This document shows positions 15,562-25,260 of a stretch of 64,000 bases of DNA, in pieces (the stretch's first letter is position 1; every line of letters begins with the position of its first letter). The notes under the pieces are model-generated. The model had not been told where the DNA came from. It made no database searches and worked only from the letters and a program-made list of their open reading frames with translations. The translations under genes were made by a program, and so were the position numbers. Source of the stretch: Nibricoccus sp. Its GTDB lineage: Bacteria; Verrucomicrobiota; Verrucomicrobiia; Opitutales; Opitutaceae. The stretch covers positions 4,000,001-4,064,000 of the forward strand of contig JASGHG010000001.1 of NCBI GenBank assembly GCA_047602425.1, written 5' to 3'.

Positions 15562-17997
15562 ATGAAACGCCCCCTTGGTCTTGTCGCTGCTCTGTTATTT
15601 GTCACTGTCGGTCTCCGCGCCGCCCTTGCCGTCGAGATGGTTCCTTCGACCACGGCGCGCTGCATCAACATTTCGGATACAGCCTGGGCCGGCAGTTCGG
15701 TCAATGTCGTGGCGAACACGCAGAACATTCTGCATACATTGAGTCGCACGCAGTACGCGGCTTTCTACGATGCCGATGGCTTCATGGTGCTCGCGAAACG
15801 CGCGCTGGGGGACGACACGTGGGAAACGCGCCGCACAACCCACAAGGGCAACGTCGCCGACGCGCACAACTCCATCAGCCTCGCCGTGGACGGCGCCGGT
15901 TTTCTTCATGTTTCCTGGGATCATCATGGGAACGCGCTCAATTATGCGCGCAGCGTTGCGGCCGGTTCGCTCGAACTCGGTGTAAAGCAACCGATGACGG
16001 GCGCCCGCGAAGGGAAGGTGACTTATCCGCAATTTTTTCGCCTGCCCTCGGGCGATTTGCTTTTTCTCTGCCGCGACGGCGCATCGGGCCGCGGTTCGCT
16101 CGTTTTAAAACGCTATACGGTTGCCACCGGCAAATGGACTGATGTGCAGACCAATCTCATCGATGGCGAAGGCAAGCGCAGTCCTTACTGGGGCATGACG
16201 GTCGATCGCAAAGGCGGCTTGCATCTGGCCTGGATCTGGCGCGATTCGCCCGACGTCGCGAGCAATCACGATTTTTGTTACGCGCGTTCAAGTGACGGCG
16301 GCGCAACGTGGCAGCGGAGCGATGGTTCGGCTCAGACATTGCCGATCAGGGAAGCCACCGCCGAATACGCCGCCCGCATTCCGATAAACAGCAACCTGAT
16401 GAATTCTCCCACGGTGGCCGCTGACCAGCAGGGCCGGCCCTATATCGCGAGCTACTGGTCGGCCTCGGCTGGCGAACCACCGCAATTCCGCATCGTCCGT
16501 CACGATGGCAAGGCTTGGCGGACGATCGAGGGTCCGCGCCGCACCGAGATGTTTTCGCTGTCCGGTGCAGGCACCAAGCGCCCGCCGATTTCGCGTGCCG
16601 CACTTTTTGTGGAGCAACGCTGGAAGTTCCATGGCCTGCATCTGATTTATCGCGACGACGCGCGGGGCGGCCGCATCGTGAAGGCTTCGCTCGCCGACCT
16701 GGAAAACGGGGAATGGACCGAAACCGAACTTACCGCCAACTCGGTCGGCGCTTGGGAACCGTCCCACGATCCCGAACTCTGGAACCGGCTCGCGCAGGTG
16801 CATCTGCTCGTGCAAAAAGTCGAGCAGCGGGACGGAAATGACCGCAACGCCGCCCGGGTCCAACCAACGCCCATCGGTACTTTGATTTGGAGTCCCGAAG
16901 CGTCGCAGCGCGCGGCCATGCATCACTCCGGGGAGGCCGCAACGGCGGACGTCGATTTGGAATGCGCGCCGATGGCTGCGGAAGTGCTTGCGACGATGCG
17001 CCGGGTGGCTGACTGGCAACTTGCGCACATGCCAAATCCGGATCGCTATCCGCCGCGCGGCTGGGAAACAGCGCCGTTCTATATCGGCGTGCTGGCGCTC
17101 GATTCAGTTTCGCCGGACCGGCATTACCGGGACGTGATGGTTGAGCAAGGCAAGGCCAATGGCTGGCAGCCACACCGCCGGGTTTATCATGCCGACGACC
17201 ATTGCGTGAGTCAGATGTATCTGGAGTTGCACCGCCAACTCGGCGCGCCCGAAATGCTGGCCCCGACAAAGGCCCGCTTCGACGAAATCCTCGCGAAGCC
17301 GGCGGGCACGCTGATGGATTGGAACTCGCACAACGCGTTGGACCGTTGGACATGGTGCGACGCGCTTTTCATGGGGCCTGTCGCTTGGTTGCAGCTGTGG
17401 AAAGCCACGGGGGACACGCGTTACCTCGATTTCATGAACAGCGAATGGTGGCTGACCACGGGCAGGCTCTTTTCGCCCTCGGTCGGTTTGTATTTTCGCG
17501 ATGAATCCTATCTTGATGTGCGCGAGGCCAACGGCCGGACCATTCACTGGGCGCGAGGCAACGGCTGGGTTTTCGCGGGGCTATGCCGCGTGCTCGATCT
17601 TTTTCCCCAGGATCATCCGGATTATCCACGTTACAAAAAACTCTATCTGGACATGGCGAAGGCTGTGCTGGCCGCGCAGCAATCCGATGGACTCTGGCGT
17701 GTCGGCCTGCTCGATCCGGCCTCGCATCCGGCGCGCGAAACCAGCGGCAGTTCGTTCATGGCGTTTGGGCTCGCCTGGGGTGTAAATCACGGCTGGTTGG
17801 ATCGCGCGGCGACCGAGCCCGCCATCCGCCGCGCTTGGAACGCGCTTAATGCCTGCGTCACTCCCGAGGGCAAACTCGAACACGTTCAGCCCATCGGGGC
17901 TGCGCCTCACGGCTTCGATCCGACCAACACCGAACCATTCGCGGTCGGCGCTTTCCTCCTGGCCGGAAGCGAGGTTTTCCGGCTCGCTTCACCCTAA
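15562..17997 (+). CDS. Secreted BNR-4 beta-propeller (PL42-like) fused to GH105/GH88 unsaturated glucuronyl hydrolase
   Basis: Signal peptide; DAHNSISLAVDGAGFLHVSWDHH, TYPQF, Asp-box SSDGGATW; C-terminal HADDHC, WTWCDALFMGP, LYFRD, WARGNGW, QQSDGLW, ETSGS. Confidence 0.85.
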   Translation: MKRPLGLVAALLFVTVGLRAALAVEMVPSTTARCINISDTAWAGSSVNVVANTQNILHTLSRTQYAAFYDADGFMVLAKRALGDDTWETRRTTHKGNVADAHNSISLAVDGAGFLHVSWDHHGNALNYARSVAAGSLELGVKQPMTGAREGKVTYPQFFRLPSGDLLFLCRDGASGRGSLVLKRYTVATGKWTDVQTNLIDGEGKRSPYWGMTVDRKGGLHLAWIWRDSPDVASNHDFCYARSSDGGATWQRSDGSAQTLPIREATAEYAARIPINSNLMNSPTVAADQQGRPYIASYWSASAGEPPQFRIVRHDGKAWRTIEGPRRTEMFSLSGAGTKRPPISRAALFVEQRWKFHGLHLIYRDDARGGRIVKASLADLENGEWTETELTANSVGAWEPSHDPELWNRLAQVHLLVQKVEQRDGNDRNAARVQPTPIGTLIWSPEASQRAAMHHSGEAATADVDLECAPMAAEVLATMRRVADWQLAHMPNPDRYPPRGWETAPFYIGVLALDSVSPDRHYRDVMVEQGKANGWQPHRRVYHADDHCVSQMYLELHRQLGAPEMLAPTKARFDEILAKPAGTLMDWNSHNALDRWTWCDALFMGPVAWLQLWKATGDTRYLDFMNSEWWLTTGRLFSPSVGLYFRDESYLDVREANGRTIHWARGNGWVFAGLCRVLDLFPQDHPDYPRYKKLYLDMAKAVLAAQQSDGLWRVGLLDPASHPARETSGSSFMAFGLAWGVNHGWLDRAATEPAIRRAWNALNACVTPEGKLEHVQPIGAAPHGFDPTNTEPFAVGAFLLAGSEVFRLASP

Positions 17998-18155
17998 GCC
18001 GAGGCAAGGCAGGCAAAAGCCCGTCCCTGAACGCCGGGGGCGGGCAAGTTACCGTCAGGGCGCGACTTTGGATATAAGGAAGCCAGAATTCGCCACAGTT
18101 CCTTTGACATTTTCCCGGCGGGCAGCGGTTATACCGGCGCCCCATCGAACAGCTC

Positions 18156-20414
18156 ATGGCCGACCCCCGGGAACAAAGTGCACCGCAGGCTGAACCCTTG
18201 AAAACGGGTGCGCCCAGGCCTGTGCCGAACAATCAACCGTCGGCAAAAATGGGCGACCGCGACTTGCGAAGAATGGTCCTGCGGGTTGTCGCGTTATATA
18301 CGCTCTTCGGCGCGCTCTGGATTGTAGTGTCGGACCCGTTGCTGGCTTTTTTTGTGCGCGATCTGGAGCTGTTGACCCGTTTGAACGTCCTCAAGGGCTG
18401 GACCTATGTGGTTCTTACCGCGGGCTTGCTCTATTTATTGCTCAAGCGGGAAACGCATATTTGGCGGATCGAGCGTGCCGCCCGGATGGAAGCTGAAATT
18501 TCGCTGCGGGCGAGCGAGGAGCGTTTTCATTCAATCTACGATTCGGTCAGCGACGCGGTTTTTATCCACGAGATGAAGACGGGGCGCATCATGGATGTGA
18601 ACAATCGCATGTGCGAGATGTACCGTTGCACCAAGGACCAGGCCCGCGCCTCAATTGTTGATGAGCTTAGTTTAGGGGAACCACCCTTTAGCGAGAAAGA
18701 GGCGCTGGCATATTTAAAAAGTGCTGCGGGGGGCGAACCCCAGGTCTTCACCTGGCATTGTCGCCGGATGGACCGCAGCCTGTTTTGGGGCGAGGTGCGC
18801 ATGCGGCGCGCGAGGGTGGGGCAGGAGGACGTCATTATTGTGAGCGTGAGCGATATTTCCGCCCGCATGGCGACGGAGCTGGCCTTGACCGAGAGTAACG
18901 AACGTTTCCGGCAACTGGCGGAAAATATTGATGAGGTTTTCTGGATGCTCAGCACGGAGGACGGAAAAATGCTCTACGTTAGCCCAGCCTACGAAAAAAT
19001 CTGGGGTCGATCTTGCGAGAGCATCTACGAAAATCCTGGCAGTTGGGCGGATGCCATTGTGCCCGAGGATCGCGACCGCGTGCTCAAAGCCGTGGCAAAC
19101 CGGGACGGCAGCACTTACGCCGAGACCTATCGCATTACGCGTCCTGACGGTCAGGTGCGCTGGATTTACGACCGTGCCTTTCCGGTCAAAAACGTTGCGG
19201 GCAAAGTCTATCGCATCGTTGGCATCACGACCGATATCACCGAGCGTCGCACGCTTGAGCTTCAGTTCAGCCACGCGCAAAAAATGGAAGCCATCGGCAC
19301 GCTCGCCGGCGGTATCGCGCACGATTTCAACAACATCCTTGGCGCCATCACCGGCTATGCCGAACTCGCGCGGCTCGACGCCCGGGAGCCCAGCGTGCAG
19401 GGCAGCCTCACCGAGATTTTTTCCGCCTGTAAACGCGCGGGCGATCTCGTTCGACAGATCCTGGCCTTCAGTCGGCAGCAGGAGCACAAACGCGTGCCCT
19501 TGCAACTCGAGCGTGTCGTGCAGGAAGCGGCCAAACTTCTTCGTGCCGTACTCCCGAGTTCGCTTGGCTTCGAACTCAAGTTGGATCGCAAAACGCCGAC
19601 CGTGCTGGCCGATCCCACCCAGATCCACCAGATCGTGATGAATCTGTGTACCAACGCCGCCCACGCCATGGAAGGGCGCACGCACTCGCACCTGAAAATC
19701 GAACTCGACCGTTTCGAAGCCGACGAAACCTTTGCCAAACTCCATCGCGGCGGCCGCCCGGGCGTTTATACCTGCCTCACGGTGAGCGACAACGGCCAGG
19801 GCATGGACCGGCTTACGCTTGAACGCATTTACGAACCGTTCTTTACCACCAAGGCGCCGGGGAAAGGGACCGGACTGGGCTTGGCGGTGGTGCATGGCAT
19901 CGTCCAACGCCATGACGGATTGATCACGGTCGAAAGTTCTCCGGGACAGGGCACGACGTTCCGGCTGTATTTCCCCGAATATGCGCTGAGCGATTCGCCC
20001 GAACTCCCGGTCGAACTACCCGCCGTGCAGGGCAGGGGACAGCGCATCCTCGTGATCGACGACGAAGAAGTTCTCGTTCGCATGATCGGCCGCATCCTGA
20101 CCAAGCTCGGCTACGCTCCGTCCCCGCTGCAGGACCCCGTGGCGGCTTTGGCTGCCTTCGAAACTGCTCCGGATAAATTTGACCTCGTCCTATCCGACCT
20201 GACGATGCCGGGCCTCACCGGAATCGAGTTTGCCGCCCAGATAAACCGCATCAAACCCGGGATCCCGATCATCCTGATGACGGGGTTCTACGCCAATCTC
20301 GACGAGACCCAACTCAAGGCCGCCGGCGTCACCGAAATCATCATGAAGCCCGTGGACGTGAAAAGTCTTAGCGTCGTGATTGACCAAGTCCTAAAAAAGA
20401 AAAAGCTAACCTGA
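18156..20414 (+). CDS. Membrane PAS-PAS hybrid histidine kinase with receiver
   Basis: 2 TM helices (WIVVSD, KGW), two PAS/PAC domains, LAGGIAHDFNNIL, GTGLGL, REC. Start may be ATG 18249. Confidence 0.92.
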   Translation: MADPREQSAPQAEPLKTGAPRPVPNNQPSAKMGDRDLRRMVLRVVALYTLFGALWIVVSDPLLAFFVRDLELLTRLNVLKGWTYVVLTAGLLYLLLKRETHIWRIERAARMEAEISLRASEERFHSIYDSVSDAVFIHEMKTGRIMDVNNRMCEMYRCTKDQARASIVDELSLGEPPFSEKEALAYLKSAAGGEPQVFTWHCRRMDRSLFWGEVRMRRARVGQEDVIIVSVSDISARMATELALTESNERFRQLAENIDEVFWMLSTEDGKMLYVSPAYEKIWGRSCESIYENPGSWADAIVPEDRDRVLKAVANRDGSTYAETYRITRPDGQVRWIYDRAFPVKNVAGKVYRIVGITTDITERRTLELQFSHAQKMEAIGTLAGGIAHDFNNILGAITGYAELARLDAREPSVQGSLTEIFSACKRAGDLVRQILAFSRQQEHKRVPLQLERVVQEAAKLLRAVLPSSLGFELKLDRKTPTVLADPTQIHQIVMNLCTNAAHAMEGRTHSHLKIELDRFEADETFAKLHRGGRPGVYTCLTVSDNGQGMDRLTLERIYEPFFTTKAPGKGTGLGLAVVHGIVQRHDGLITVESSPGQGTTFRLYFPEYALSDSPELPVELPAVQGRGQRILVIDDEEVLVRMIGRILTKLGYAPSPLQDPVAALAAFETAPDKFDLVLSDLTMPGLTGIEFAAQINRIKPGIPIILMTGFYANLDETQLKAAGVTEIIMKPVDVKSLSVVIDQVLKKKKLT

Positions 20415-20416
20415 CC

Positions 20417-20800
20417 ATGTCCAAAATCCTCATTGTCGATGATGATGATGCTTTTCGCAAAGTGCTTCGCATGCTGCTCATACGCATGGGACATGAAGTG
20501 ACCGAGGCCAACGACGGCAAGTCCGCTTGGAGCACTTATCAGTCCCAACCGGCCGAACTCGTGATCATGGACTTGATCATGCCCGACAAGGAGGGATTGG
20601 AAACGATCCAACAGTTCCGTCGCAACAAAGCGCCGACCAAAATCCTTGCCATTTCCGGTGGTGGCCGTGTCGATGCGCGCGACATTCTCCGCGTCGCCGA
20701 ACAATTTGGCGCCGACAAAGTATTGGCCAAGCCTTTCTCCTCCGACGATCTCTCCGTCGCGCTGAAGGAACTACTTCCGGCCCAGCCTGCGGGCGCCTGA
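20417..20800 (+). CDS. Single-domain response regulator
   Basis: ILIVDDD, DLIMPDKEG, AISGGG, LAKPF; no output domain. Confidence 0.92.
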   Translation: MSKILIVDDDDAFRKVLRMLLIRMGHEVTEANDGKSAWSTYQSQPAELVIMDLIMPDKEGLETIQQFRRNKAPTKILAISGGGRVDARDILRVAEQFGADKVLAKPFSSDDLSVALKELLPAQPAGA

Positions 20801-20835
20801 AGCGCTCTGTTCGGGATCGACTAAACCGTTTATCT

Positions 20836-20859
20836 GGAGGGCGCCGTTCCGCCGGTACC
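20836..20859 (+). repeat. GGAG-headed REP-like palindrome (solo copy)
   Basis: GGAG-GGCGCCG-TTCCGC-CGGTACC; same architecture as 3779-3756, stem closed with two G-T pairs. Confidence 0.5.
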
Positions 20860-20926
20860 AGTTCACTCCGGGGCCTTTTTGTTGCGTCGTGCTCCTGTGA
20901 CGATTTGATCAACCGGCATTCTTCGC

Positions 20927-22684
20927 ATGAACGCGTCCCACCGCCCTTTTATCGATGCCACTAACACCAACACGCTTTGGTGCAGCGTGCTGGTTGAGAC
21001 GCTCGCGCGCTGTGGTGTGGTTCAGGCCGTCATTTCGCCCGGCTCGCGGTCGACGCCTGTCACCATGGCGCTGGTGCGAAATGCGAAGTTCGAAACGTTT
21101 CCCGTGCTCGACGAACGCTCGGCCGCCTTTTTTGCGCTGGGGCTCTCCCGCCAGCATCGCCGTCCGACCTTGCTCGTCTGCACTTCAGGCACCGCCGGCG
21201 CGAATTATTTTCCCGCCGTGATCGAAGCGCAGGAAAGCGGTGTGCCGCTTCTGGTGCTCACGGCGGACCGTCCGCCGGAAATGCGCGAATGCTCCTCGGG
21301 CCAAACGATCGACCAGCATAAACTTTTCGGCTCGCACGTGAATTGGAGCCACGAACTCGCGGTGCCCGAGCCGCGCCTCGAACTGCTCGCTTACCTGCGC
21401 CAGACCATCGCCCACGCCGTCGAGCGCGCGGTTTTGCCCGAGGCCGGCCCGGTGCATCTCAATGCGCCCTTTCGCGATCCGCTCGCGCCCATCGCCGACG
21501 ATGGCGCGGCCGCGAAATTGCAGGATTTCCTCGGCGAACCTTTCTTCGCGCAACTCGCTCCGCCGATCTTGCCCAAACTTGGCGCCGCGTTGCCCGTGCT
21601 GCCCAACGAAGGGCGCGGTCTCATCGTCGCCGGCCCGAGCCAGCCCGCCAACGCCGGTCAGTACGCCGGCGTGGTCGAACTGCTTTCGCACAACACCGGC
21701 TGGCCCGTCCTGGCCGACAGTCTTTCGCCCCTTCGCGGCTGCGACGCCCCCGGGCAGCCCTTCGTCTTTGGTTACGACATACTGGCCCGAAACAAATCCC
21801 TGCTCCAAAAACTGAAGCCCGACTTCATCCTGAGTCTGGGCGGCTGGCCGATCAGCAAAACCCTGCGCGAATGGATTGCCGCGCTCGATGTGCCCGTGTG
21901 GATCGTCTCCGAGCGTACAAAAAATTTCGATGCCCTGCACAACCGCGTGCGTTCTTTCCGCGCCGACGTGGAAGCCATCGCGATGAATCTGCCCGCGCGT
22001 CCGGTCGAGGGCGACTATTCCGCAAAATGGACCTGCGCGGATGCACTGGCCCGCACCCATGTCGCCGAAACTTTGGCCGGTGTCGACTGGTTTTTCGAAG
22101 GTAAGGCCGCCTGGCTGCTCTCGCAAAAACTCCCCGCGGAAACGCCGCTCTTCGTTGCGAACAGCATGCCGGTGCGCGATCTCGAATATTTCTGGGACCC
22201 GAACGACCGCGCGTGTCCGATCTATTTCAACCGCGGCGCCAACGGCATCGACGGCACGCTCTCGACCGCGCTCGGCGTGGCCCATGGCAACAAACCCGCG
22301 CTTTTGCTCACGGGCGATCTCGCATTGCTGCATGACACCAACGGATTTTTGCTCCGCCAAAAACTGAAAGGCTCGCTCACCATCGTGCTGATCGACAACC
22401 ACGGCGGCGGCATCTTCGAGCATCTGCCGGTGGCGAAATTCGATCCGCCCTTCGAGGAATATTTCGCCACGCCGCAGGAAGCCGACTTCGCAAAACTCGC
22501 CTCGGCCTACGGCATCGAACACATCGCGGTAAAAGACTGGAACCATTTCGAAAGACTAATTTCCACCCTGCCCGAATCGAGCGTTCGCATCCTCGAACTC
22601 CGCACCGACCGCAAACGCGACGCTGCCTTCCGCAAAAAACTCCTCGCCGACGCCGCCGCAAAAGCGGGCGAGTTGTCGGAGTGA
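20927..22684 (+). CDS. menD: SEPHCHC synthase (menaquinone biosynthesis)
   Basis: ISPGSRSTP, DERSAAFFALG, CTSGTA, TADRPPE, QTIDQ, NSMPVRD, NRGANGIDG, GDLALLHD. Confidence 0.96.
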   Translation: MNASHRPFIDATNTNTLWCSVLVETLARCGVVQAVISPGSRSTPVTMALVRNAKFETFPVLDERSAAFFALGLSRQHRRPTLLVCTSGTAGANYFPAVIEAQESGVPLLVLTADRPPEMRECSSGQTIDQHKLFGSHVNWSHELAVPEPRLELLAYLRQTIAHAVERAVLPEAGPVHLNAPFRDPLAPIADDGAAAKLQDFLGEPFFAQLAPPILPKLGAALPVLPNEGRGLIVAGPSQPANAGQYAGVVELLSHNTGWPVLADSLSPLRGCDAPGQPFVFGYDILARNKSLLQKLKPDFILSLGGWPISKTLREWIAALDVPVWIVSERTKNFDALHNRVRSFRADVEAIAMNLPARPVEGDYSAKWTCADALARTHVAETLAGVDWFFEGKAAWLLSQKLPAETPLFVANSMPVRDLEYFWDPNDRACPIYFNRGANGIDGTLSTALGVAHGNKPALLLTGDLALLHDTNGFLLRQKLKGSLTIVLIDNHGGGIFEHLPVAKFDPPFEEYFATPQEADFAKLASAYGIEHIAVKDWNHFERLISTLPESSVRILELRTDRKRDAAFRKKLLADAAAKAGELSE

Positions 22685-22904
22685 AAATATTGATTCGGAA
22701 TTCAGAAATTCTTGAATCAAACCGACCGCCAAACTGGACCGGATTGAATTTCAGTCAGGGAGGCCTCTCCTTGCGTCCGCTCCCGGCGCAAATTTCTGTA
22801 CATTGCCGCGGATGGTTCTCCGTAAGAGGCATTCCCACCTTCAATCCAATGGCGAGCGGGCCGCTCGACGAACAAGCTCGAGGCTCTGAGCCGAAGGGAC
22901 GACG

Positions 22905-23879
22905 TTACCGGGACTGAAAAAGTTCGGCGATGATGTCTTCGAGGGGGACGTCCTCGATGGTGATGTCGGCGACGGGGCCGGCGGCGAGGATTTCCTGCGA
23001 GGCGGGGACAACGGAATCGTTGTTCACGCGCAGGGTGATTTTCCCTTCGTCATCGCGCGTAGCGTCGCCATGGGTCGATTTCCAATGGTTCGTGAACGAA
23101 CCGTCCTGCGGGACGAAACGAATGATCTTTTTGCGGCTGCCTGAGCTAGATTCGAGGCGGTCAAGCGCGCCGTCGTAGATTTTTGTGCCCTTGTGGATCA
23201 CGATCACGCGTTCGCAGAGTTCCTTGATGTCGGCCATGTAGTGGCTGGTGAGGAGGATGGTGACGCGGTGCTTGCGATTGTATTCCCGAAGAAACTGGCG
23301 GACGGCTTTTTGTGAAACGACGTCGAGACCGATCGTGGGCTCGTCGAGGAAAAGCACGCGCGGGCGGTGCAGTAGCGCGGCGATGAGTTCCATCTTCATG
23401 CGTTCGCCGAGGGAGAGTTCCCGAACCATTACATTGAGCTTATCTTTCACGCCGAGCAGCGAGACGAGTTCGTCGAGAGTCGATTGGTATTGTTTCGGAT
23501 CGAGGCCGTAGATGTGGCGGAGCAGCAGGAAGGATTCGTGGGCGGGCAGGTCCCACCAGAGCTGATTTTTTTGGCCGAGCACGAGGGCGAACAGGCGCCG
23601 GTATGCGTTTTCGCGCTTGGTGGGATCGAAGCCGGCGACGCGGGCGGTGCCGGACGTCGGATAAATAAGGCCCGACAACATTTTAAGCGTGGTCGTCTTG
23701 CCTGCGCCATTGGGGCCGAGAAAGCCAACAAACTCACCTTCACCAATATCGAAGGTGATGTCTTTGGCGGCGGCGGTTTCCTCGAATTCGCGTTTAAAAA
23801 GTCCGCGGACGCCGCCCCAGAAACCAGGCTGCTTTTTATAGGTTCGGAAGATGCGAGTGAGGTTGCGGACTTCAATCAT
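22905..23879 (-). CDS. ABC-2 type exporter ATP-binding protein
   Basis: GPNGAGKTT, GQKNQLWWDLP, LSLGERMK, LFLDEPTIGLD; start at MIEVRNL (ATG 23879). No permease adjacent. Confidence 0.92.
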   Translation of the reverse strand: MIEVRNLTRIFRTYKKQPGFWGGVRGLFKREFEETAAAKDITFDIGEGEFVGFLGPNGAGKTTTLKMLSGLIYPTSGTARVAGFDPTKRENAYRRLFALVLGQKNQLWWDLPAHESFLLLRHIYGLDPKQYQSTLDELVSLLGVKDKLNVMVRELSLGERMKMELIAALLHRPRVLFLDEPTIGLDVVSQKAVRQFLREYNRKHRVTILLTSHYMADIKELCERVIVIHKGTKIYDGALDRLESSSGSRKKIIRFVPQDGSFTNHWKSTHGDATRDDEGKITLRVNNDSVVPASQEILAAGPVADITIEDVPLEDIIAELFQSR

Positions 23880-23974
23880 GGGAAGGACGAGTGAATGCCA
23901 AACTTCAACCAACGCAAAAACGTAATGCGAGAAAACGGTTTGAAAACCGCGTGGGGCGCCGCGATTCTCGGGCC

Positions 23975-25173
23975 ATGCATTTTCTGGGAATGATTTTTCT
24001 GCTCGTGATTTCCACGGTGGGTTCCTGGGCCAGGGAATCACGGCGACATTGGTTGTACCGACATCCCCGGTGGCGCCGGGACAGAACGTGGAAGTCAGTC
24101 TCGTGTTGTTGAACCCTGGCCAAAAAGTCACGCGCGCTACTTTGCCGATAGAGATGTTTGCGCGCTTGGTGGGTGACGGTCGTGAGTGGCCGGTGCCGAT
24201 TTATGCGAAGACGATGCCGGTGCCGGTGATCGGCCCGGGAGCTTTCAGTCATGCGACGTGCGTGTTTTTAGTACCGAACGATGCGAAGGGGCGTTTGGTG
24301 CTGGAGATTGCCGATCCGATGGTGCGTGCAATCGTTGACGTGAAGCGGCCGGAAAAAAAGAGCGACATGGATTCGCTGGAAAAGACCGTGTTTTCGCCAC
24401 TGGCCGATGAAGGCAAGGTCCCGGCTTTGGCGGAGTTTCACCGGGTGTTCGCGGAAAATATTTCCACGCACCTGCCGATTTATTTTATCGGCGGACCGAA
24501 GAAGCCAGCGGTGAAATTTCAATTCAGCTTCAAATACCGCGTCTTTGGCGACAATAGCACGACGGGTACGTTGAATCCGCCGCTGCGCGGATTGTTCTTC
24601 GGTTACACGCAGCGTTCGGTCTGGGACATCACGTCGTATTCAAGCCCGTTCTATGACACGAGTTACATGCCGGAGCTGATGTGGGAGTCGCTGTCGCCGG
24701 CGCCGGCCAAGCCGGGTTTCCTGCGGTTCAGATGGTTTGGCTACCAGATATCAGCGCAGCATGAATCGAACGGCCGCGACGGGGACAAATCGCGAAGTCT
24801 GAATCTCGTCTACATACGGCCGATTTTCAGCCGCGATTTTGGTCCTAAATGGAGTCTGTTGTTTGCACCGAAAATTTTTTATTACGTGGATAACTTGAGC
24901 GACAATCCCGACTTGGAGCGTTATCGTGGTTATGGCGAGTATCAGTTGGTGTTTGCACGGCGGAACGGTTGGAATTTGGGATTCCTCGGCCGCATTGGGA
25001 GTCACTTCGATCGCGGAAGCGTGCAATTGGATTTCACGTATCCATTGCAGGTGAGTTACGGGCATTTCGCGAATTTCCTGCTGTTGCAATATTTCGATGG
25101 CTACGGGGAGAGCCTGCTAAGCTACAACACGAAGTCGCGGATGCTGCGTGCGGGATTTTCGCTGGTGCGGTGA
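23975..25173 (+). pseudogene. pldA: Outer-membrane phospholipase A with apparent 1-nt frameshift near 24030 (real lesion or sequencing error)
   Basis: KFQFSFKY, FGYTQRSVW, SPFYDTSYMPE, HESNG catalytic motif, QYFDGYGESL. Signal peptide from ATG 23975 is in a different frame from the barrel ORF (24049-25173). Confidence 0.75.
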
Positions 25174-25178
25174 GGGGC

Positions 25179-25234
25179 GGAGGCCGGAGGTCAGATGCCA
25201 GAAGCCGGAAGCCAGAGGTCGGACGTCGGAGGTC
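25179..25234. repeat. Degenerate heptamer tandem repeat (8 x RGAnGYC)
   Basis: GGAGGCC GGAGGTC AGATGCC AGAAGCC GGAAGCC AGAGGTC GGACGTC GGAGGTC between convergent genes. Confidence 0.85.
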
Positions 25235-25260
25235 GGGAGGTGAAGCCGCCTTGCCGCGGG

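Noticed and set aside
22684..22905. Short inverted repeats (GGGAG..CTCCC; CGAGCGG-G-CCGCTCG) between menD and the ABC ATPase
   Set aside because: Too degenerate to assign to a REP family; compatible with terminator-like or chance hairpins.
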